Assembly: GCF_006345805.1 (NCBI RefSeq)
Contig: NW_021832716.1
Span: 1 to 64,000 of the forward strand
Origin: Octopus sinensis
Lineage: Eukaryota
Direction of reading: 5' to 3'
Length of the DNA stretch: 64,000 nucleotides
In this document: positions 37,462 through 49,205 of the stretch, piece after piece
Position numbering within the stretch: position 1 is the first letter of the stretch
How the letters are laid out: every line of letters starts with the position of its first letter
The notes under the pieces: generated by a model
Databases searched by the model: none
What the model was told of the DNA's origin: nothing
Seen by the model: the letters and a program-made list of their open reading frames with translations, nothing else
Made by a program: the position numbers and the translations under genes

Positions 37462-37532
37462 GGGTAGTTTAGCTTAATGGTAAAGCACTTGGCCGGAGTC
37501 TTCAAAGGATGTAGTTCGTGTTCCACGGTTGG
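37462..37532 (+). pseudogene. Decayed tRNA-like sequence or orphan SINE head
   Basis: GGGTAGTTTAGCTTAATGGTAAAGCAC (D-arm/A-box-like) and a degenerate GTAGTTCGTGTTCC; no clean cloverleaf. Confidence 0.35.
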
Positions 37533-38123
37533 TTGTTGACAAACTTTTCTGCATTATAAGGGTAATTTACCCAATATGTCTGCCGTTTTAACGGCGTTTC
37601 TGCATTCGCAAATAACTTATCAGCTTATTTCTATCTTAGAATTATATAAATATTTAACGACATAATTATATAATTATAATGATACGTGGGGGTTATTGAA
37701 ACAGCTGTAGGAAGTTAATTTTTGAAATGTCATTGATTTTGTTTGCCTTCTGTTTCTCAAATGCATTTCGCTCTCTGCATTCGTTATAGCCAATTTCAGG
37801 TTGTATGCAACATTGTAATTGATATGGCATTAAAAGTGTGCATTTTCAGCATTTAATGTGATGTTGTATATTGAGATCTAAGATTTGTGACTGCTTCTCA
37901 ATCATAAGCACCAAATTTTTGCTTCTGCCACTTGTAGCGAGTATATTTCTGTCATCATGAAAATCAGAGATTTAGCTTTCACACACACATACACACATAC
38001 ACATGAACAGTTATTTCGCACGATCTTCGTTCCGTTCACATTCTACCTGCCACACAACTTAGTGGCAGACCAGTATAAACACAGGACAAATAATTACAGA
38101 CCAAAACAGACTCCATTATCCAT

Positions 38124-38163
<40 letters not shown>

Positions 38164-38227
38164 GGATATAAACACCTAATGTGAAACAAGGTGGAAAAAG
38201 AGTACTCAAATACCAGTGGTAGAGTAA

Positions 38228-38418
38228 TATGCTTTATTTAAAGCAGCAGAAAATTCAACAAAACCTGTTACTCTGAGTTCCACATTCCCGTTCGTCGGAC
38301 AGTTTTCGCTTGCAAAAACTGTCCGACGAATTTGCTAGCAAAAACTGTCCGACGAACGGAACGTTGGAACTCAGAGTAACAGGTTTTGTGAATTTTCTGC
38401 TGCTTTAAATAAAGCATA
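38228..38418. repeat. Foldback (arms of about 80-90 bp)
   Basis: TATGCTTTATTTAAAGCAGCAG...GTTCGTCGGACAG is mirrored by CTGTCCGACGAAC...CTGCTGCTTTAAATAAAGCATA. Confidence 0.9.
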
Positions 38419-38543
38419 TATATATTCTATATATATATATATATATATATATAAGGGTAGCAAAAAATTCAATAGAAATTTTTTCGCCATCAGCGGTCTA
38501 GTGAGAAAGAAAAAATAGTCAACAGACTATATAATGTACATTC

Positions 38544-38980
38544 AACAATAATATTAAGAAATGGCCTTAATAGGCCATTCAACTCACTAAAACGAGCAAC
38601 TAAACTCAAACCGCTAAATAGTAGTAATTCAGAAATCAAAGGAAAATTAAAAACATTTACCCTAATCATCTTTGGACTATGCATAGTTTCGACGTACTTT
38701 TTAGTAAACCAGCTAATTAAATTAAATTTAATTTAATCAAGTCAATTTACCACTGGCCCGTCTCGTCGGCAAAGAAGCAAGGAGGAATAAATATTCCATG
38801 AGGCAACAGCATCGATGCCTTGGGAGTATATACTCTAAATTTTCAAAATCTACCGTCATCGCGCCAACTGTTTTTAATTTTCCTTTGATTTCTGAATTAC
38901 TACTATTTAGCGGTTTGAGTTTAGCTGCTCGTTTTAGTGAGTTGGATGGCCTATTAAGGCCATTCCTTAATATTATTGTT
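38544..38980. repeat. Foldback (arms of about 110 bp, spacer of about 210 bp)
   Basis: 38544-38655 is the reverse complement of 38869-38980. Confidence 0.9.
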
Positions 38981-38987
38981 TTATATA

Positions 38988-39018
<31 letters not shown>

Positions 39019-39019
39019 G

Positions 39020-39071
<52 letters not shown>

Positions 39072-39246
39072 AGCGAGTAGCCACATCAAAGTGGTAGCTA
39101 ATTGTTACAACTAGTTTAACCCCAGGCAGATTCTCCTGTTGAGGCAAACAGGAAAAATAGAGCTCAAAATATGAGTATATGTATATTCTTGTTAATATTT
39201 AGCAGAAGCATCAGAGTGACTCAAGGTCCGAGAGTTTCATGCGTTG

Positions 39247-39320
<74 letters not shown>

Positions 39321-39455
39321 ATATATATATATAATATATTATTATATATATATATATATATAGTTAATCCAAACAAGAAAACACAAAGAGAAAACACAAC
39401 AACGCGAGGACGTGGAACAAGTATAGTATTATTGGACGCTCAAGAAAGAAGGAGG

Positions 39456-39490
39456 GTTTAATGTTTCGAGCGGAGCTCTTCGTCAGAAAC
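39456..39490 (-). ncRNA. Decayed minimal hammerhead motif; related copy at 11938-11974 (-)
   Basis: GUUU-CUGACGAA-GAGC(ucc)GCUC-GAAA-CAUU^AAAC; flanks shared with 11780-11990. Confidence 0.5.
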
Positions 39491-39634
39491 ATATGAACAG
39501 GAAAGATCCAAGGAATGGAAGACGGAGGGAAAAAATCGCCAACGATAGTCCACAGATGAGATCCAGAGATTCTCAGTATATAGATGGATAGTTAGATAAA
39601 TAGATAGACAGACAGACAGACAGACAGATAGGTG

Positions 39635-39710
<76 letters not shown>

Positions 39711-40074
39711 TACCGTATTTACTCGTGTATAAGTCCCAACCCAGTTTTTTCACTTAAAATCAAGTATTTTAAGTAGCGTGACTTCTAACCAAATAAATAC
39801 GAAGTCTGAGTGTGTGTGTGTGTATGTGTGTGTATGTGTTATCAGTTTTTTTTTTTTGACATATGTCATAGATGCATAATATTCAATATCACTGATTACA
39901 TGTGCAGTACGACACGAATAGACTCTTTCTTACAACCTAACGCACACACAGATGAACACTTACATACGTATAGTTTTTCTTCATACATAAATCATATTTA
40001 TTTAATGCAGATGTTAGAATTTATCTCACGATAATTGTTTTACATTAACGTAATGTATTAGACATATGCACGCA

Positions 40075-40155
<81 letters not shown>

Positions 40156-40242
40156 TTTATATATACACATATATATATACATATATAATATATATACGTA
40201 TATATATATATATACATATATACATATATATACATATATATA

Positions 40243-40285
<43 letters not shown>

Positions 40286-40463
40286 TATATATATATATAT
40301 TATATATAACACACACATATAATATATATATATATCGAGAGAGAGAGAGAGAGAATACATGTACATGTACATATGCATATGCATATCTATACACACCACT
40401 GTATGTATTGCATAGCTATAAATGCAAAACAAAATTACACTGAATGTAATGATGCACACAGGC

Positions 40464-40500
<37 letters not shown>

Positions 40501-40505
40501 GTATG

Positions 40506-40540
<35 letters not shown>

Positions 40541-40890
40541 GTGTGTGTGAGTCTATGTGTAGATATGTTTGTATATGAGAACATTTATGCGTGCCAATAG
40601 CATTTCTCAAGTTACATCAAGTTAAAGAATTCCCACGTACTTCTGAATAGTACAAGAAAGGGAGCTCGTCATAAAACCATGTGACCAAATGCAGTCTGAC
40701 CTCCATTGTGGAAGGCAAAAGAAAATGGCAAATGAGACTTCAGTTACGGTACATTAGCAACGCCATGTTTTTAGGGCCTTTTTTTTTTGTTACATGAACT
40801 GTCTTCTAGTGTTTTAGACACATCTATTAGACGCATCTATTTTAATTTATTGCCAGACGATAAAATATGCAAATGCATGTGTGTATAAAG

Positions 40891-40963
<73 letters not shown>

Positions 40964-41100
40964 CATAAATGCGTATAAAGGAGCTCTCTCTTTCTCTCTC
41001 CCTCCCTGGTAGCCATCCTATGTAGATACCAGCACAACATCAGACGCTCAACATGAACACACACACAGATATTTATTTAATTATATTCATAGATATATTG

Positions 41101-41249
41101 GTGTAGGAGTAGCTTGCTTACCAACAACATGGTTCCGGGTTCCGTCCCACTGCGCGGCACCTTGGGCCGACCAAAGCCTTGTGAGTGGATTTGGTAGACG
41201 GAAACTGAAAGAACCCGTTGTATTATGTATGTATATATATATTATATAT

Positions 41250-41298
<49 letters not shown>

Positions 41299-41522
41299 GT
41301 CTGTGTGTATGTTTGTGTGCCTGTGTTGTGCCCCCAACATCGCTTGACAACCGATGGTGGTGTGTTTACGTCCCCGTAACTTAGCGGTTCGGCAAAAGAG
41401 ATCAATAGAATAAGTACTGGGCTTACAAAGAATAAGTCCTGGGGTCAATTGTGTCAACTAAAAGGCGGTGCTCCAGCATGGCCGCAGTCAAATGACTGAA
41501 ACAAGTAAAAGAGTAAAAGAGC
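41101..41522 (+). mobile_element. SINE family A copy
   Basis: Colinear with 4711-5123. Confidence 0.88.
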
Positions 41523-41642
41523 ATATGTACATATTTGCCTGCAATGCACGAGAGCTTGGAGAAGTGTCTTCTACAATCATCCATGGCTAAAAAGTGCATT
41601 GTAAGTGATCTTAGTAGACAGAAATTATACAACAAGAAGGCT

Positions 41643-41687
<45 letters not shown>

Positions 41688-41691
41688 TGTG

Positions 41692-42003
41692 GAGGCGCAA
41701 TGGCCCAGTGGTTATGGCAGCGGACTCGCAGTCGTAGGATCGCGGTTTCGATTCCCAGACCGGGCGTTGTGAGTGTTTATTGAGCGAAAACATCTAAAAG
41801 CTCCACGATGCTCCGGTAGAGGGTGGTGGCGATCCCTGCTGTACTCTTTCGCCACAACTTTCTCTCACTCTTTCTTTTGTTGGCCTGCTCGCTTAGCCAG
41901 CAGGGTGGCGTCATTTGAATGCTAAAAACAATGCGAAGCGCATTATGACCAGCGATGTGTAGCAACATCTGATAGCGTGGTCAGTCACGGTGATCACGGT
42001 GAT
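41692..42003 (+). mobile_element. tRNA-derived SINE family C, tail type 3
   Basis: Same head and body as 13687; different 3' module ending GGTCAGTCACGGTGATCACGGTGATA. Confidence 0.85.
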
Positions 42004-42029
42004 AAACACATACATACATACATATAGTG

Positions 42030-42345
42030 GACCCATTCAGTCATGAATGACCATGGATTATACCTAGAAAGTTACACTCCGGGCAAGGTTGTTTAAGGAA
42101 GGCCGATTGTTGCCCATGAATTCCACTTCCCCTCTCCACGCCAATGATGTTATCCAAGGGAAAGGCAAAGGGGCCGATACAACTTGGCACCAGTGCTTTC
42201 ACAACTCATTTCTACAGCTGCGTGAACTAGAGCAACGTGAAAATAAAGGGTCTTGCTCAAGAACACAAGACACAACCCGGTTCGAAAATCGAACCAACTA
42301 ACTCATGATTATGAGCCTGACGCTCTAACCACTGAGCCGTGCGCA
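42030..42345 (-). mobile_element. tRNA-derived SINE (head GGCTCAGTGGTTAGAGCG, B box GGTTCGATTTTC)
   Basis: A and B boxes on the minus strand. Confidence 0.7.
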
Positions 42346-43010
42346 GCCATGTTGAGTCATTCCATCTGTTGAACATAGAGTTCCGCGCTGACCGTTTGAT
42401 TCCGTTCAAACAATTCGTAATGGATAATCCCTTCCCAGTCCCACCAAACGCACAACATCGTTTTACACGGATGAAGATCTTGTTTCATGCACGGTGTCGC
42501 TTGTTTACCGGGGTTAAGCCATTCCTTACACAGCTTCATATTGATGTACAGGCACCATTTTTCGTCGCCAGTAACGATTCGGTAAAGAAATCGTTGCTTG
42601 TTAAGCGGTGACGAGCAAGCAAACCAGCGGAGATTGTGGTTCGTTGATTTTTGTTATTGTCACTTAAAGCATGCGGAACCCATGCTCCATACTTCTGAAC
42701 CTTTCCCATCAAGTGAAGATGTTTCTCTATAGCAGTGTGGGAGCATTCCATTTTCTCGACGAGAATTTTCGTGTAAAAGTTGGTTTAATCGCTCTTCATC
42801 GAAATCAACTGGACGGCCAGAACGAGGTGCGTCTTTGGGGGTCAAAATTTCTATTTTTGAACTTGGCATACTAATCAGGAGCGGTTCTTTCATTTATGGC
42901 ACCCTCTCCATACACAGCACAAGTGTCACGAGCAGCTTTTGCGGCCTTAGAACCTCGATTAAAAGCAAAAATAAAGGAGGTGTCGAAAATGCTCGTTTTT
43001 TTTAAACTTA
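42346..43010 (-). mobile_element. Mariner transposase relic
   Basis: KDAPRSGRP, WVPHAL and KTMLCVWWDWEGIIHYEL, broken by frameshifts. Confidence 0.88.
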
Positions 43011-43677
43011 ACATTCCATTTTAATGATGTGAAAATAAACGAAAATTAACTAAAATTAACTAGAAAAAAAACAAAACAAAATAGGTTCCAAAATGATTCA
43101 AAAATAGAATTCTCGAAAAAAAATAGAATTGTGTTAAAGAAGAATTTAATATATGAGTAGCAGACGAAGCATATCTAGCATCAGTGATGAAATTGCTGCA
43201 AACGTATTGCTGCTTCTTTCAGCGGTCTGTTGTTGAGTTTAAACACTTTATTTCCCGTTGGTCTGCAATCACTTGGACATCTGACCTGTTGTATACCGTG
43301 CACCTGTACAGACAATGCTGCTTTGACAGAGTGAGCGACCTTATGTGCTACACAAACATTTGATCGCGATAAACAAATCATCTCTGCAGGAACTGCTAGA
43401 CACTCGTCTGTCATCTACGACAGCAAATTGACTCTGTGTGTGTGGTGTGTGTGTGTGTGTGAGTGTGTGTGTGTGTGAGTGGGTAGAATCACATACACAA
43501 ACACACAAGCACATATATACAGACACAAACATACCTACCGACATGTACGTCAGGTCACAGATGCAAACACACGCACACACACACGATCAGCGAATAACGG
43601 ATTCCTGACAACACATCACCTGTATATTACATATGTGATGTCTAACTGCAAGCTTCTCTTTCGATAATGTGTCTGTC

Positions 43678-44541
43678 TGTTTGTATGTATGTATGTATGT
43701 ATGTATGTATGTATGTATGTATGTATGTATGTATGTTGTATGTATGTATGTATGTATGTATGTTATGTATGTATGTATGTTTGTGATGTATGTATGATGT
43801 ATGTATGTATGTATGTATGTATGTTGTATGTATGTATGTATGTATGTATGTATGTAGTAGTTTTGTATGTATGTAGGTGTATGTATGTATGTATGTATGT
43901 ATGTATGTTGTATGTATGTATGTAGTATGTATGTATGTATGTATTATGTATGTATGTATGCATGTATGTATGTATGTATGTATGTATGTATGTATGTATG
44001 TGTATGTATGTGTGTGTAGTATGTATGAAGTATGTGTGTAGTATGTATGTATGTATATATGTATGTATGTTGTAGGTGTATGTATGTATGTATGTATGTA
44101 TGTATGTGTTGTATGTATGTTTATGTATGTATGCATGCATGTAGGTATGTATGTATGTATGTATGCGTGTGTATGTATGTATGTATGTATGTATGTATGT
44201 ATGTATGTATATGTATGTATGTACGTATGTATATATGTATGTATGCATGCATGTATGTATGTATGTGTGTATGTATGTATGTTTGTATGTATGTTTGTAT
44301 GTATGTATGTTTGTATGTATGTTTGTATGTATGTATGTATGTATGTATGTTTGTATGTATGTATGTATGTATGTATGTATGTATGTACGTATGTATATAT
44401 GTATGTATGTATGCATGCATGTATGTATGTATGTATGTATGTATGCGTGTGTATGTGTGTATGTATGTATGTATGTATGTATGTATGTATGTATGTGTGT
44501 TTATGTATGTATGTATGTATGTATGTATGTATGTATGTATA
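43678..44541. repeat. (TATG)n tract of about 860 bp
   Basis: Read directly. Confidence 0.97.
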
Positions 44542-45195
44542 CAAGTCGAGTGTTTGTTAATCATTTCAATGATTGTATCACGTGTAATAATATGTATGTA
44601 GCTATGTAAGTTATGAGTATTCTTTAACTGTGCGACTCGGCAAATTGAAACCGATAGAAGAAGTATCAAGCTTAAAAATATGCCCTGGGTTCGATTTATT
44701 CGACTGAACCCTTCAAGGTGGTGCCCCAGCATGGCCGCAGTACAAAGACTGAAATAAGAAAAGGATAAAAGAAATATTTCTCTCTTTTAGAGGAGACAAA
44801 CAAGGACAGACAAACGGATTAAATGAATTACATCGACCCCAGTGCGTAACTGGTACATATTTAATCGACCCCCGAAAGGATGAAAGACAGAGTCGACCTC
44901 GGCGGAATTTGGACTCAGAACGTAGCGGCATGCGAAATACCTATTTCTTTACTACCCACAAGGGGGTAAACACAGAGGGGACAAACAAGGACAGACAAAC
45001 GTCTTAAGTCGATTATATCGACCCCTGTGTGTAACTGGTACTTATTTAATCGACCCCGAAAGGATGAAAGGCAAAGTCGGCCTCGGCGGAATTTGAACTC
45101 AGAACGTAACGGCAGACGAAATACTGCTAAGCATTTCGTCCGGTGTGCTAACGTTTCTGCCAGCTCGCCACCTTCGTGTAAGTAAGTATATATTG

Positions 45196-45238
<43 letters not shown>

Positions 45239-45322
45239 CGTGCCTGCGCGCGCGTTTGTGTGAATGCCCACCCCTCTCACAATCTAAGTTTATTGCATGG
45301 ACATATCTGAAATGTGTATGTG

Positions 45323-45354
<32 letters not shown>

Positions 45355-45584
45355 ATATATATGTATGTGTATGTATGCATGTTATATATGCGCATTATAT
45401 TTAGATTATCTTATATTATATTATATACTGTTGCATATATATGAATTTATAGTCAAGTATCATGTATATATATTTGTATGTATGTATGTATGTATGTATG
45501 TATGTATGTATGTATGTATGTATGTATGTATATATGTATGTGTATGTATGTATGTATATGTATGTATGTATGTATTATGTGTGA

Positions 45585-45757
45585 AGGCGCGTGGCTTAGT
45601 GGTTAGGGCATTCGACTGATGATTGTAAGGTCGTGAGTTCGATTCCCGGCGATGCGTTGTGTCCGAGCAAGACACTTTATTTCACGTTGCTCCAGTCCAC
45701 TCAGCTGGCAAAAATGAGTTGTACCTGTATTTCAAAGGGCCGGCCTTGTCACGCTCT
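45585..45757 (+). mobile_element. tRNA-derived SINE head with a truncated type-2 tail
   Basis: GGCGCGTGGCTTAGTGGTTAG, GAGTTCGATTCC, then TGTACCTGTATTTCAAAGGGCCGGCCTTGTCAC. Confidence 0.75.
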
Positions 45758-46135
45758 GTATGTGTATGTATGTATGTATGCATGTATGTATGTATGCATG
45801 TATCTATGCATATATGTATGTATGATGTGTGTGTGTGTGTATTGTATGTGTGTGTGTATGTATGTGTGTGTGTGTTGTGTATGCTAAACAAATCTCATCC
45901 CCACCCCACCCGCTATCTCCTCTGTTGACAACTTAAAAGTAAACAACAACGCTGGTAGTTCCCTAGGAGCTGGTGTCGCTAAAGTGAACATATTTCCACT
46001 TTCTTCTTTCTTAACCACTGTTTTCACCCTTTTTTGTCCCAAAACTTATCTCTCATTCTCTTTCTTTCTCTTCTTTTTTCTATCTTTCCCCCAATCTTGT
46101 TCATTTTCACACTCCTGCAACGGTTTCTCTTTCTT

Positions 46136-46182
<47 letters not shown>

Positions 46183-46217
46183 ATCTCTATCTATCTATCT
46201 ATCTCTATCTATCTATC

Positions 46218-46387
46218 TTCTTTTTTTTTTTTTTTTTAACCCCCCTTTTTTTGTTCTCTTTCTCTCCTTTTACGATCCTTTTGTCGAAAACTACCCTTCC
46301 TTTTTTTTTTTTTTTAAACTTCAAAAGAAAAAGCTCTACCTGTAATTTGTTAATCTGTGTGCAGCCCGTGTGGCTAATAAAGAAACA
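46218..46387 (+). mobile_element. 5'-truncated 3'-UTR-only copy of the GATA-family Tx1 element
   Basis: Matches the reverse complement of 31608-31780 (GATCC..TCGAAAAC...AAAAGCTCTACC..GTAATTTG..TGTGTGCAGCCC.TGTGGCTAATAAAGAAACA); TATC repeats on both sides. Confidence 0.9.
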
Positions 46388-46559
46388 TATCTATCTATCT
46401 ATCTATCTCCCTCTCTCTCTCTCTCACTCTTTTTCTTTCTTACTCCCTTTGTTTTCCTCTTTTACTCCGTCTCACCCTGTCTCTCTTTCTCGTTCTTACT
46501 CCCTCCCTCTTACTCTCATTACTTTTACTCTCTCTCTCGCTTCATTGATGTTTTCTTCT

Positions 46560-47360
46560 CCACACATTGTGGGGTAAGAAGCTTGCTTCTCAATCACATG
46601 TTTCTGAGTTCACTCCTTGGGCAAGTGTCTTCTGCTGTCACCTCGGGTCGACCCGCAAGCCTTGTGAGTGGATTTATTCGACGGAAACTGAAAAGAAGCG
46701 TGTCGTGTGTGTGTGTGTGTTTATGTCCATATGTGTGCATGTGTGTGTGTCCATATGTGTGTATGTGTGTGTGTCTTTGTGTCATTGTTTATCCCCCACC
46801 ATTGCTTGACAACCGCTGTTGGTGTGTTTACGCTCCCCCCGTAACCTAGCGGTTAGACAAAAGAGATCGATAGAGCAAGTACCAGGCATAAAGGTGAAGT
46901 ACTAAGGTCGATTCATTCGACTATAGAAAATAAAAAAAAGATTCAAGTCGGTGCTCCAGTATGACCACAGTCTAATGACTGAAACAAGTAGAAGATAAAA
47001 TATATCTTTTACTTGTTGCGGTCATTGGACTGTGGTCAGCCTTTACGCCTGGCATTCATTCTCATCACTTTTTACGGGTATGTAAACAAACGAACACCGG
47101 TTGCTAAGCTGTGGAGGACACAAAGACATGCATACAGACACAGGCACGCACACACAAACACACACACACATACACACACACACACATACACACAATATAC
47201 GCCAGGCTTCCAAACAGTTTCCGTCTCTTAAATTCACCCACAAGGCATTGGGCGTCCCGGGGGGAAAGGGGCGAAGGCACTTGCCTAAAGTTCAACGCAG
47301 TGAGACTGAACCTGAAACATCGCGGATGCAAGCCGACCTTCTTAGCCACACAGCCATGCC
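46560..47360. mobile_element. Two SINE family A-related copies in opposite orientation (46560-47000 +, 47040-47360 -)
   Basis: Diverged matches to the family A head and tail. Confidence 0.75.
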
Positions 47361-47541
47361 TAACCCAATGTATGTGTGTGTGTGTGTGTGTGTGTGTGGT
47401 GCGCGCGTATGTGTGTGGATGTATATATATATAAGATATATATATATATCTATATATATATATATAAAAAATATTAGGGAATAAATCCAAACTTACCAGG
47501 GAAAAATCAGATTTAGGATTGAATCCAATTTTATAGTAAAA

Positions 47542-47882
47542 TATTATATTAAATTAGAGATAAAACCACTATTAGGCAAATCAAACAATGAAAAACTTAA
47601 GCCAATACATAAAATTAATTAATTTATATTATTTATATAAATTTATTAATTTATATTATTTATATTATTAATTTATATTATTTTAAATATATATCAAAAG
47701 TATTAAAAGTTTAATAAAAGATAATGAGTAAAATGAGTGTTTTACTCATTATCTTTTATTAAACTTTTTATAATTTTGATATATATTTAAAATAATATAA
47801 ATTAATTAATTTTATGTATTGGCTTAAGTTTTTCATTGTTTGATTTGCCTAATAGTGGTTTTATCTCTAATTTAATATAATA
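47542..47882. repeat. Near-perfect AT-rich palindrome of about 340 bp; related single arms at about 8030-8295 and 10395-10600
   Basis: Centre GATAATGAGTAAAA-TGAGTG-TTTTACTCATTATC; arms carry GAGATAAAACCACTATTAGGCAAATCAAAC. Confidence 0.9.
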
Positions 47883-48122
47883 TATATATGGTAAAGTAAA
47901 AAAAAATTTCACTTTACCACACACCGAACTTTTCAGAAATAGCAGTTTTTCTGAACAGTTTTTATGAAAAAAGTCGGTGTGTGGGTAAGTGAATTTTTAC
48001 TTTACCATATTTTTATAAATTAATACTTCAAATACACCGTAAATGGTCTTTACATACCGAATACTGCTTGGTCGAATTTATTAACAAATAATTAATTCTA
48101 CCCCCTTTTTTTTTTTGATGAC

Positions 48123-48155
<33 letters not shown>

Positions 48156-48159
48156 TTCA

Positions 48160-48586
48160 GGCGTAGGGTGGCTGTGTGTGGTAAGTAGCTGCTTACCAAC
48201 CAAATGGTTCCGGGTTCAGTCCCACTGCGTGGCACCTTGGGCAAGTGTCTTCTACTAAGCTCGGGTCGGTCGACCAAAGCCTTGTGAGTGGATTTGGTAG
48301 ATGGAAACTAAAAGAAGTCCGTCGTATATATGTATATATATATGTGTGTGTGTGTGTGTGCGTGTGTGTGTGATTGTGTGTGTGTTTGTCCCTCCAACAT
48401 CGCTTGACAACCGATGCTGGTGTGTTTACGTCTCCGTAACTTAGAGGTTCGGCAAAAGACACCGATAGAATAAGTACCAGGCTTACAAAGAATAAGTCCT
48501 GGGGTCTATTTGCTCGACAAAAGGCGGTGCTCCAGCATGGCCACAGTCAAATGACTGAAACAAGTAAAAGAGTAAAAGAATAAAAG
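48160..48586 (+). mobile_element. SINE family A copy
   Basis: Colinear with 4711-5123. Confidence 0.88.
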
Positions 48587-48597
48587 TTATATATATA

Positions 48598-48951
48598 TAT
48601 AATATAAGCGGGATCAGCCATCTGAATGTGGCTAGGGACAGGGCGGGGTCGTGGTGGTGTTACTGATGCATTTAGCCCCAGGCGACTATCGACGTCACCA
48701 GAAGAGCCGACACCATCACGGTGTCCTTGCTAGCCTACAAAGGGAGATCAGCCTCACCGAAGATACGGATGCTACACACGGACCGGTTTCGAGGTATTTG
48801 CCTCTTGTCAGCGCATGGCAAGCACCGTTCTTCGCTCTTCTGCTCTTCTGGTGACGTCGATAGTCGCCTGGGGCTAAATGCATCAGTAACACCCCCACCA
48901 CTCCGCCCTGTCCCTAGCCACATTCAGATGGCTGATCCCGCTTATATTATA
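48598..48951. repeat. Foldback (110-bp arms, 134-bp spacer containing a hammerhead motif)
   Basis: 48598-48707 is the reverse complement of 48842-48951. Confidence 0.93.
48775..48817 (-). ncRNA. Minimal hammerhead motif with a C3.A8 mismatch in the spacer of a foldback element
   Basis: CAUGCG-CUGACAA-GAGG(caaaua)CCUC-GAAA-C(CG)G-UC^CGUGUG. Confidence 0.6.
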
Positions 48952-48984
48952 GAGCAGTTACTGTTTATACCTCGCTCAGAGATT

Positions 48985-49081
<97 letters not shown>

Positions 49082-49162
49082 ATAATAAGGTTGTAAGGTA
49101 CCGCACGAGTGGAATTATATACGAAAGAAGGTTTTAAAATGCAATTTTAAAAGATATTTATT

Positions 49163-49205
49163 TACTTAACCGGTTTCACTCTTTAGAAAGAGATTGTCAA
49201 AAGTA
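49163..49205 (-). ncRNA. Minimal type-I hammerhead ribozyme, U3-A8 variant
   Basis: UACUU-UUGACAA-U CUC(uuucuaaa)GAG U-GAAA-C(CG)G-UU^AAGUA. Confidence 0.6.

Noticed and set aside
43181-43414. 77-aa non-repetitive ORF (MTDECLAVPAEM...)
   Set aside because: No recognisable motif, no convincing splice sites and no homology I can support. It could be a non-coding upstream exon or regulatory sequence but this cannot be shown.
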